A DNA stretch of 63,323 bases, counting the filler, from Kipferlia bialata (taxonomy: Eukaryota): NCBI GenBank assembly GCA_003568945.1. It is 5 parts of 5 records of this genome, joined end to end, with 100 filler letters (N's around TTAATTAATTAA, not from the genome) between each part and the next. Parts side by side here need not be neighbours in the genome. Positions count along the whole stretch, not along the records: positions 43,378 to 57,714 come from BDIP01000831.1; positions 57,815 to 63,323 come from BDIP01000853.1; 3 more parts are not named here. One strand, given 5' to 3'. Under the pieces are notes generated by a model. It was given only the letters and a program-made list of their open reading frames with translations, made no database searches and was not told the origin of the DNA. The first letter of the stretch is position 1, and every line of letters begins with the position of its first letter. The translations under genes were made by a program, and so were the position numbers. Of this stretch, positions 53,115 to 63,323 are shown one piece after another.

Positions 53115-53185
53115 ACCCCTAATATATAGGCGTCCTGCTCGATCAGGGACCCATCATGTCTGTTCCTGCCTCTGGCCTTGAGTAG
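43942..53185 (+). CDS. Large type I membrane/surface protein: signal peptide, FG-GAP-like beta-propeller repeats, Thr/Val-rich Ig-like repeats, C-terminal TM and short basic tail
   Basis: MLMRIVPLLALLLAFLSLV signal; repeats GFGQAMDVEG, GFGTDVAISG|DRMAIGA, GFGSRVALS, GLGTRV, GFASGLFI..LMVG; paired VGVSSTHSTLTGLP / VGVSTVHSTLTGLP repeats; AVYIAA|AAVGATAVGAVSTVSVV then KAKAKTKNKSK; more than 30 small exons. Confidence 0.75.
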
Positions 53186-53816
53186 AGAAGAGAGTGAAAG
53201 TGAACGTGAAATTGGAAGAAGATGCAATGAATGGGAGTAAGACGCATGTGTGTGCACTCGCGTCTCGCTCTTTGTGTATTATTTATATGTTAACCTTCAA
53301 CAATAGAGTATTGTGTGCATTCTCCCTCTTCGCAGAGATTTGTTGCCATTTTTTTGTATTCTCTGTCGACCTGCTTCATGCCTACTAACAGTAGGCTACT
53401 ATGATAGTACTATCCCACTTCAAGTATGATACGTGGTGCAAACATGGGTAGGAGGGATCAGAAGAGAGACTGTGTAGATTTAACGAACGACCTCCCAAAT
53501 ACCGTAGGCATTATACCTATCCCCATTGTGAGAGTCAGTACACCATACAGCAACAGGGCATGCCTCCTCTGCCTTGGCCTATGGACTGTAGACCCCTTAC
53601 CCCCATGGCAGCAGCAGGTCTTTAATAGGGACTCCTTATGCTACTCACTTCTTACTATTCTACTGCTCCGCAACCCAGCGTCCTCTAGGTCAATGTCTGT
53701 CTATTCATAAATTCTTCAGCGCTATATCATAATGACCCTACAGTTCGTCAATCCATGACGCCATAGGTCCGGTGTCGAGTCAGGATCGTGTTCATATCCT
53801 GTCTCTGCCTGTCTAT

Positions 53817-54480
53817 CTATGTCAGTGCCTCCCAGTCCAGCTCTGCCTGTCTGACTGACCTGGCCACATCATCAAGGGTCACGCCTGAGGGTGGGAGAAA
53901 CATGCATTGTGGATTGAGCGAACCCATTACACAGTCAATAGTATAGTGTGACAGGAGCATATGCAGAGGAAGAACCATTCTCCCATGTGAGTATTGTGAC
54001 ACACAACAGTGTTGTGTGTAACACGGCACCTTCTCTGTTTCCGGGTGTCACTGCTGCATCCAGCTGAGGAGTGGTGGTGACTCCGTCCTAGGCCATGAGA
54101 CACATGCGGAAGAGGAGAGAGGGAGACAAGACTACATGTATGACAGACAAATAGTGGGAGACCATGGTTGATATAACGTTTGGTATAATACCACACTATA
54201 TCCCTTGTACCTGCTCTGTCACCCTCATGCACTCCTCCACCTCTGTCCTGGCAGTGTACATGGACAGACAGTGCAGCCTGGGTGAGTCAGGGGATAGTGA
54301 GGTTAGAAGGGTGAACATGTGATGGAGACTCTATTATTAAGAGTGCTCAATACAATAATTTGTGACTCAGATATCATACATGAGAAGAAGTGTAGACCCT
54401 ATACTGTTGAGGAGGTGTAGACTCGACACAGCAGTGACACGTACTTCTCCTCAAGTAGAGGACGCAGTCTCTGTAGCTTG
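53817..54480 (-). CDS. Hypothetical multi-exon protein (partial model)
   Basis: Short coding-like blocks with acceptors (ctcacccag, cctag, ccctcag), ending GVTLDDVARSVRQAELDWEALT*; no recognisable domain. Confidence 0.35.
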
Positions 54481-55235
54481 AGAAGGGACACGCCATAGTA
54501 GACAAGCTGGATGTGAACACAGAATCAATGTACATATTACGGAGAGGGAGAATATGTCACCGTTAGCGAGAGAAGTTCTCTCAGAGAACCAGAGAATATG
54601 TTGAAGTCGCTAGTAGTGACTCACTGCTACTGCCCGAGCCCAACCTGTATTGTTCAGATGATACGAATGATTCACTCTATATACTCTGAACAAGACTGGT
54701 TACCAGTCACTACTACCACCCACCTCCTGTCTGTGGCGTGACAAGTCCAGCTCACCGATGTCAGGGCTGTCCACCAGACGCCTCAGGACGTTAATCTTCT
54801 GCTAGAGTGTGAGAATTGAGTACTATAATACTTTGCTCACTGTATGTATATATTTCAATATGTGACATATCACATGTACTGTAAATATATTCATGTTACC
54901 TGAAGGTTCGTATCCATCTCGTCCAGTGTCTGCAGCTCAGTGCTTAGAGCGTGGAATACCTTTGCATAAGCAGAGAGTGTTTCTATTGTAACACACAAGA
55001 GTGGGTGCTAGTCTCGGGGTAATTCGTTGAAAAAGAGGTGCAGTTACGTGGATGATACACGCTGAACCATGACACATACCCACAAACATACCTCAAAGGC
55101 AGTGTCATGTCTCTCGGGTACACAACACGATGGTGACCAGATACGCCTACGGAGCAGAGGCATATCTCACTTAGGTAGAGAGAGACTCTATAGTATAGAG
55201 GGTGACATGCAGTGAGCCATCGATGACAACCGTAT

Positions 55236-56671
55236 ATGGCCCTACACGACAAGCGGAAAATCCGACTTGTCACCGACTATTCCTCGGATACAGACTTGTC
55301 AACGGTTGGCCACTATGACATGCTCTCTTTCCAATCTGCCAATACACCATCCTGTAATGGGGGGTATCTTCACATGTGGAAGGCGCCGTTCGCGGGAGTT
55401 GACACCGGTATGTGGATTCGCAATACTTGCTTCGCTAAGGCTGGAATAGATTCATATGCATATGGGCCGTATGATATGGCTGTTTCCATTTCTCCTCTGA
55501 TACTGATACTCTGTCTTATACCATAGAGAGAGCTTGTAACGTCGCTGCACTCACAGCTTGAGACCATCGAGTGCCGGGAGAGGTGGACCCAGCAGGTTAG
55601 TAGTACCAGCCTCAACTCGGTATACTAAGCCCACTATTGTTTCCACTTCAATGCTAACACCCACACCAGAAGCGTCGTTCGAGTCTGGCCAATGCTGAGA
55701 GGTACTTCTGTTAGAGCCCAATATGATTCTGTTTGCACCATTGTCACCGATAACATATGCAAATGCTAATAACCTATAGAGCCAAAGTTTGATTGTCACA
55801 TCAACTCCCTTCTCCGCTGCAGCGGACTCTCTTCCTCTCAATCCTCATACCCCATAGGTACCTGATCGCTGGGGAGAGAGAGGAAGCTGAGGCGTGCGTC
55901 CACAGGGTATGTATACTATATAGACTATATACTTATATATACCATATATATATATTAGAGGCATCAATGTCTACACGGTTGACAGTACTTTGTCTGCACC
56001 AGTCTAGATGTAGAATTGACTCATTGTATCTTATCCACACTTCCTTACTAGCTGTACCGTTGTCTCACCATGCCAGGCCCGCCTAATGGATGAAGAACTC
56101 ACGCAGATGTCAGTGCTGCACACCCAGCTGATCAAGAGGTGTCGGGGTCTGTACACTACATACATGACAATTTGTGGGCTGTCTTTCCATACCAATGACA
56201 GTATGTGTCTATAGTATGTGTCTATACTATCATAGTATTACTATGTGTCCATCACCTCAGGATCCAGGAGATGTTGGTTGGCTTCCTGACCAGAGATGTT
56301 ACCAGTGCCCTAGAGAGAGCAGACCGGTACATGGGGGTGAGTGGGTCTCATACATAGCTTGTTGGTATCTGCCTCTCTCAAACTCCCCTCCCTCCCCTTC
56401 TGACCCACAGGTTGAGGCAGACTCCCCTTCAGTTGGACACTGCACCCTGGGAGAGGATGCTGAGGGGGGAGAGGAACATGACTCCGATGAGCAGCTGGTG
56501 GAGGAGAGAGAGAGGCAGGGGGAGAGAGAGAGGAAGGTGGAGAGAGAGGCAGAGGTGGAGAGGGCGCTGATGGTCCCAGTCGGTATGGGAGTGCCAGACC
56601 CGGCAGAGCCTGTATATGCTGTGAGGGTAGAGAACGGTGTCAGTGATGAGGACTTCCGTGACTTCATATAA
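55236..56671 (+). CDS. Hypothetical multi-exon protein with acidic C-terminus
   Basis: Exons ELVTSLHSQLETIECRERWTQQ|..YLIAGEREEAEACVHR|ARLMDEELTQMSVLHTQLIKR|IQEMLVGFLTRDV..|VEADSPS..DEDFRDFI*; start uncertain. Confidence 0.5.
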
Positions 56672-56926
56672 TACATATGGTGTATATGATATGATATGAT
56701 ATGATATGATGTGACAGATCGGTCAAGACAAAGGGAGAACAGTCCCTAGCAATAGATATCATACACATTTATACGTCAGACTGTAACTGACTCTCTCCAT
56801 TGTCTCTTCCTGTAAGACAACCCAACGGGCTTTAACCACCCCACACTCCTAGTCACAATACATGGTCATCTTCACACCACCAACCACACCACTCGGGAAT
56901 CTGACCTATGTCCACTGGGTATTAGC

Positions 56927-57336
56927 CTAGGGAGAGACCCCCAGCTCTGTCCCAAGGGCCTGGAGGACAGGCATGTACTTCAGCAGCTGGGGGTAGGGTG
57001 GGGAGGGGGAGGGAGGGGGAGAGAATGTGTTGAGGGTACAGTATATACATAGATACACCCACCAGGCCTGTGATCCTCTGGCTCCACTCGGGTGAGCACT
57101 CTGGGATGCCCTGCACAGACCTGACGTCAAGGGGGTATATATATGTACATATACTGTAGGGTAGGGGGGTGTATATGTATATATATGTGTGTGTGTATAT
57201 GTATGTACATACACATATATATTCATAAGCCCTGCACAGACCTGCATTCAAGGGGATACATAGATATACATATGTACATAGACCTGAAGGGTAGGGCAGT
57301 AATGGTACAGACGGTAATGACATATATATAGAAACA

Positions 57337-57379
<43 letters not shown>

Positions 57380-57590
57380 TGTCCCATACCTCATTGTGAC
57401 CAGGCCAGCCTTGAGTCCATCTGGGGGTGAGGGGGAGGAAGGAGGGGACCTACATATCGATACCAACACACTATAGTATACAACACAGCCCGTACCGTAT
57501 GCGACCTTCTTCTCGTCCTCCACCTGTGTCCCCTTGAGTGCCTTGTAGCACTCTATCAGGATGACAAACTCCTCGACGGTGGTCTTCATC
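56927..57590 (-). CDS. Hypothetical protein, C-terminal exons (5' beyond contig)
   Basis: MKTTVEEFVILIECYKALKGTQVEDEKKVAY|DGLKAGLVTMR|SVQGIPECSPEWSQRITGL|LLKYMPVLQALGTELGVSP* with canonical junctions. Confidence 0.5.
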
Positions 57591-57714
57591 TGGAGGTCAG
57601 GGGAGAGAGAGAGAGAGGGAGAGACAAGGGATACTGATACCACATCTGACATGCCAATACAGGTGTGTGTGTGGGGGGGGGGGGGGGGGGGAGAAGGGGG
57701 GGGGGATTGAACCG

Positions 57715-57814
57715 NNNNNNNNNNNNNNNNNNNNNNNNNNNNNNNNNNNNNNNNNNNNTTAATTAATTAANNNNNNNNNNNNNNNNNNNNNNNNNNNNNN
57801 NNNNNNNNNNNNNN
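57715..57814. other. Artificial contig linker
   Basis: N44-TTAATTAATTAA-N44. Confidence 0.97.
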
Positions 57815-57878
57815 ATATGTACACATACATATGGTAGGGATAGTAACAGTAGTACACATATACTATGTACATGGATAC

Positions 57879-58811
57879 CTTCTCTGCTGTGCCTTCCTGG
57901 CGTTCTCCTGGGCTGCCAGCCTCCTAGCGGCATCTGCCTTTCTCTGCCTCTCCTCCCTCTCCCTCTGCTGCCTGGCGTGTCTGTCCTTGGCGGCCCTGGG
58001 GTTAGAATAGGTATAATATATAATATTGGTGGTATATGTAACGGAGGCTTAGAGAGTAAGTGATACATATGGTGGTACATGATAGCGACTGCCACTTGGA
58101 TACCTGATCTTCTCTGCCTGTTGCCGGGCCATCTCACTCTTCTTCAGAGCAAGCTGCTCCTCCTGAGGATGAGGATAGACAGAGGTCAGGGTAATAGACA
58201 AGATATTAATGGAGGAGGCAAAGGAATGGGAAAGAACAAAGGTGAAGGTGTAGGGAGGACACATGATATCACATGGCAATCACTGGTGGCATCACAAGAA
58301 CTACACATAATTACGGAAGGGTATTACCTGCTCCAGCTTGGCCAGTCTGTTCTTGAGCAGACGCACATCCTCCTCTGAGGGTGAGACGGGGGAAAGGATT
58401 TGAATGCCATTGATAGAGAGACAGAGCACATGGGAGGGTATGTACAGAGTCATATACAGGTGCCATTACGGATCTATGCAGTGATAACTTGCACACACAA
58501 TGTCTGAGAGCCGGCAGGCAAGGTTGGGTACACATGAAACACAGGTGTCACAGACAGACAAGATTGGAACAGTACGTAGAAGAACCCAACCCGGCTAAAT
58601 AACCCACAACCAGGCTCATATGCCCTCTACCCCTACCTGCGTACTGCACTGTCCTCTTGGCCTCCAGCATCTGGCTGGGGCTGATGGGGGTCTTGCCTCC
58701 ACTGCGTCTGGGGGTGCTCACAACGGGGACAACGGAGCTGTTGCCTGGCACAGAGATTGTGGGGTGCCTCATCCGGGAGGAACCCTCTCCCATGCTGTCA
58801 GAGGCTGGCAT
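57879..58811 (-). CDS. Hypothetical coiled-coil protein, 3' truncated
   Basis: MPASDSMG..EAKRTVQYA|EEDVRLLKNRLAKLEQ|EEQLALKKSEMARQQAEKIR|AAKDRHARQQRERERQRK; charged heptads and canonical introns. Confidence 0.6.
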
Positions 58812-59132
58812 TGTCGCTCAAGGCCTTGTTCTTGGAGAGGACAGCCAGTCTCCGAGAACAATCCGGAAATCATCCGATACATCCGACTTGAGGGTGTAGA
58901 GGTTTTTGTGCTGTTTTCAAGTGGGTACAACTGTCATAATTGGCTGTGACTCACAGAGTGACGTGTACGGTACCTTGATCTAGATGTCTATTGGCTCGAG
59001 AGGATACACATACACACACAAAGACGAACACAATTCAATTCAAGGGAACACACTCTCACCAAAGAGCCCAATGTCTGACACCTAATGAGACTATACAGCC
59101 TCATTCATCAGTGTACCAGCTATTGTGCCTCT

Positions 59133-62100
59133 CTAGCCATACTGGTTCTTCCTCTTGGCAGGGAATGGAGAGTGCACGGCACCCCCCTTCCTCTTGAGTC
59201 TAGACTTGCTAGAGGCAGGGGTCTTCTTGCTGGACTTGCTGGACTTGGAGCCCTTGCCGCCCTTGGCGTGGATGGCAAGCTGGGGGTGAGGGTACGTGTA
59301 TATTCAGTAGAATAGAGTATAGCAATCTGCATTTACACTAGTACACACCTTGTTGTTACTGGCCACTGGTGGCTTAACCTCTACACCGAAGAAGGTGTTG
59401 ATCTCATTCCTGAACTCCCTATGGGTCAGAGTGGGTCACATGACTTCTAATACTTGTATATAGAAGTATATATACTATTATGTGAGAATACACATGCACA
59501 CTCACTTGATCTTGTTTGGACACCCCTTGAGCTTGTCCTTGAACTTGGAGAAGGACATGAACCTGGGGGTTAGGTATATGTATAGACACTTACATATATA
59601 TAGTACTCACTATAGATATATGGTCCTTTGTATATGAGAAGGAAAATATTGTGAGAGAAGGAGATATACACCCAACTTATAATAGCACAAACACTTGGAT
59701 ATGATCCTAATACATATACACAATATATACACAGTACAAATATGCCACTCACTTTGGCACCACCCACTTGGCATAGACGGACAGGACCAGCTTGGCCGTG
59801 GGGTCGTTGCCCACAGCATCACCCATACCGGCATCAAATGCTATGCTGGGGGTGGGGGAGATTGGGTGGTCATATAGGCGAAGAAGAGATCGAGACCCGA
59901 CAAACCAGAAGCGTCACAGGCGCTGTGGCAATAGTGGGTCATAATGAGACTGATACAGCTAGAGAGAGGGTGGCGTACCGATAGTGGAACCTGTTGGCCC
60001 TGGTTGGCTCCTCCAGCACAGTGCCTAGGGGGTAAGGGGTATGTATGTGGATATGGATAGAGGTGTATGCACACGTATATATATATGTATATATATTAAT
60101 ACTTCTAGGTTAGTAGCAATCCATCCCCCCCACCTGTGTAGAAGCACGTTGTCTCTGGCCAGAAGGCAAGGCACTTGGAGTTCTGGGGTGGGAAGGGAAT
60201 GATCGCCATTTACTCAGGAATATTATGACACTTTGGCCAGTATACACCTGTATTTCCTCACCTTTGGCACCCTGACCACCAGTCTGGCATCCACACACAC
60301 ATCCACACACAAATGACATACACTCATATATATATATGTATATATATATAGGTGACCAAATTCATCTACCCACCTTAGGTACCCTGACCACCAGTCTGTC
60401 ATCCACTGGGTCAAAGAGGGGGATCACGTCCCAGTATCTGGGGTCAGGGGGAGGGCTAGTGCAGCAACTACATATACAGTATAGAGTACGTGACACTACA
60501 TATATATATACCACCCCCGTACTTGACCACGCTGGGCAGGTGCTGCTGTGTCTCCAGGAAGTGTGTCTCCATGGATACGGAGGGGGCAGGGGGGAACACA
60601 GAGGAGTACTCAGCGTCGGTAAGCTTGGGTCTGCACCCTGGGGGTGGGGGACTGTATATATACAGTATACACACATATATGTATCCCATGACCCACTCAC
60701 CCACACTGCATGGCACAGGTCCCTTGAACTCAACCTCGGGGAGGGAGGCCTCCTGTACAGCCGCAGTCAGGTCGGCTGGGGGTGGGGGGTGGGGATGGGG
60801 GATATGTTTGTGGTGACAACTACCACCCATATAGATCATTAGCAGGGTCGGGTAGGTTATACTCTATATCCAATGTACCTGCACTCCTGACCCCCAGACA
60901 TGCAAATATCTATCTATCTATCTATCACATGTATATCTGTATATATCTCTGTACCTGCACTTCTGACCCCCTGGTATGCATCGACAGAGGCATCGGGGCC
61001 AAAGGCGTAGTTGGTGCCTGGGGTCAGACGGAATACTCGAGCAAATCAACTATCTATCGCAATAGCGAGATGAATAGAACTATATACCATCGTGGTGTGC
61101 GTAGTCGAGCTCCGCTATTGTCATTCTGTGGGCCAGTTCCAGTCTCTCACGCACAGACAGCTCCTTGGCATTCTCTGGAGGTCAGAGGGACAGTGACACT
61201 GTTACATATATAATCAATGCGGACGTAAATATGGTCTGTCTATTCTCTCAGTTGGCAGATGCAAGATAACATGACAATCTACGCATGTCGATATATGCAC
61301 TATACACCATACGCCACAGTACCTGTTGAGAACACGGGCCTGAGGTCTCTGAGCTGGTTGGCTGTGAGGGACACAGAGGGGATGAGGCGCTTGTCCCCTG
61401 GGGGGTAGAGAGAGAGAGAGAGAGAGGTGTATTACTAAAACTCCATTTCCATACATGCTTCCACCCCCACCTGAGAGCAGGGACTCTGCGTCCTGTGCGG
61501 TATACTCCTTCTTCTTCCCTCTCTTCTTGGCCTTCTTGTCACTCTCCCCCTCCCCCTCACTCTCACTGCCACTCTCACTGTCGGACGAGTTGTCATCGCA
61601 CGCATACAGGTGGCTGGGGGTGAGCCGTAAGGTTAGATGTGTTATACACACTTAGATACATACATCCCCCACCTGTCGTAGTCTGGGAACTCTGCATGGG
61701 ACAGCACCTCTATGTCCTCGGGGTCGGCACCTGGGAAGGTCACGTCCTGGGGGTGGGGGCAGAGGATATATGTATATACGTATATGCATATATATACTTC
61801 CATATGCATAATACACACACTGTGCATACCTTGACCACGCAGAGTGTGAACTGGGTCTGGTCGGGCTCTGTCCCATACATCAGAGTCACAATGTCATCAT
61901 CCCCACTGCGCTTGGGGCGGGGCTGGGGGTTAGGAAGAGATACACATACTCATACATACATACTACAGCTATGCACACCGCATACATCTACTCCTGTCGA
62001 CCCACCTTCTTCTGGGCGTTCAGTTTGCGGCATGCAATCTTGAACTCGGGGGGGACACACTCTGACGTGAGGCAGATGTGTACATCACTAGGGGATACTG

Positions 62101-63056
62101 ATATATCCCACTATATACTGAATACAGTATATATATCCACACCCCACCTGCTGTGTACTGTGCCGTGTGGTTGTTGACGAGGTTGGCTACTACCAGATGC
62201 CCAGGCCTCAGGGACAGGGGGTCGAAGGACCTGGGGGTCAGGGCATGTCATCATCTACTACATATGTATCTATACAAAAATACACACCACTCTCTGTCTT
62301 TCCATACCTCGCTGCCCACTCCTCGAGGTATGTCACTCTGTCTGGCAGGACCACATCTGGGGGCAGGGTGCATCCATTGTAGTCGACAAAGGTGTACTTC
62401 TCAACCTGGGGGGTCAGTTGCAAATAGCATACTTATACACATGAATACAATGCAAAGAAACATATAGCAAGGTGTACTTCCCAACTTAGGGGGGAAGCAT
62501 CAAATGGTACATAGTGGCGCAGGTGAACCACTCCATACCTCGTCTATCTCTGCCTTGACTGAGTCGGACATGTGTCTGACATGCCTGGGGGTGAGGGGGG
62601 TTGTATGGACATAATACTGGTACTAGGACAGCATTATACCCTACACCCAGTGTATATACCCACCTCATGAGGTCTGGGGACTGTGTGAACTGTTGGAGGG
62701 TGTGGACACTCTGGGCTAGGAGGTCCTGGGGGTGGGTGGGGGGGCGGTTGGTGGCTATATATATATATATATATACCCAAGGACAGTCGGGTGTCCTATA
62801 GAATATGGTATGTTAGTCATATATGAGTAGCTAGTAAATATACATATACCATTCAGCATGTACTGCGACACCCCATCCACAGCCACCCAAGAGACAAATA
62901 TATCCTTTTGTTCTAACTGATGAACAAGGTACAAATACATCCCTACCTGGTAGCATGTGAGCATGAACTGGGACACCCCCTCCAGGGGCTGCCTCCCCCC
63001 GTCCTCCGTCTCCTCTGTCTCAGACCGACGGAGGAGGTCCATGAACCAACCCACAC
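59133..63056 (-). CDS. SGF29-like Tudor-domain protein, 5' end beyond window
   Basis: YWDVIPLFDP..|NSKCLAFWPETTCFYT|GTVLEEPTRANRFHY..IAFD resembles the second SGF29 Tudor (VIPLP..VLALYP-x-TTCFY-x-A..Y..F-E-D); K-rich NLS-like C-terminus ending PAKRKNQYG*. Confidence 0.62.
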
Positions 63057-63141
63057 TGGGGGTTAGACGTATACACATACATGAATACGGGTATATGAAT
63101 GGAGAGAAAGAGAGACAATACATTTACTCACCCAATATAGT

Positions 63142-63172
<31 letters not shown>

Positions 63173-63323
63173 CGGGAAGTGTGTGAGAGAGATAGTGAGA
63201 GCAATGGAATCCTTCATCCAGTGAACACTACGCCCAGAGAGAGACTGGGAACAAAGAGACAGTGAAGAGATGCAATCAATAGGGTGAGGGGGGGGGGGGG
63301 GGGGGGGTGGGTATGCCCATCCC

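Noticed and set aside
14368..57814. Regularly spaced TTAATTAATTAA palindromes about every 14.4 kb
   Set aside because: Artificial six-frame-stop linkers. Contig lengths 14364, 14346 and 14337 show size-sorted concatenation, so gene neighbourhoods across linkers mean nothing.
153..63265. Many short ORFs rich in YIYI, SLSL or RERE
   Set aside because: Translations of intronic (AT)n and (CT/AG)n microsatellites
1..63323. tRNA, rRNA or transposase/reverse transcriptase genes
   Set aside because: None recognisable by eye; a covariance-model and repeat-library scan would be needed to exclude small ncRNAs

Overview
Eukaryotic, very intron-dense genomic DNA from an anaerobic protist. Branch point fused to the 3' splice site, metamonad-type enzymes and microsatellite-rich introns suggest a free-living fornicate such as Kipferlia; this is inference, not a database match. 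The window is five unrelated contigs, four of about 14.3-14.4 kb and one cut by the window end, joined by artificial N44-TTAATTAATTAA-N44 linkers. Hand-spliced gene models give: arrestin-domain protein, prokaryote-type putative carbonic anhydrase, ADP-ribosylglycohydrolase, PUS7/TruD with an RGG tail, a head-to-head pair of HSPA12-like Hsp70s (one apparently fused to a coiled coil and a MIF4G domain), a tri-fused anaerobic glycerol-3-phosphate dehydrogenase, TMEM62-like metallophosphoesterase, a protein with giant-virus-like motifs, RPC6, cytosolic HSP70, RAD18-like, an FG-GAP/Ig type I membrane protein, SGF29-like Tudor protein and several hypotheticals. The most striking signal is that many exons are flanked, inside their introns or 3' UTR, by stacked partial copies of their own ends. 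Copies of 5' halves with AG lie upstream and copies of 3' halves with GT or stop lie downstream. At several loci the copies differ from the live exon almost only at synonymous sites, including TAA/TGA/TAG stop swaps; they decay with distance and sometimes pair up to rebuild the whole exon. This points to an apparently undescribed serial exon-replacement (allele-capture) process.
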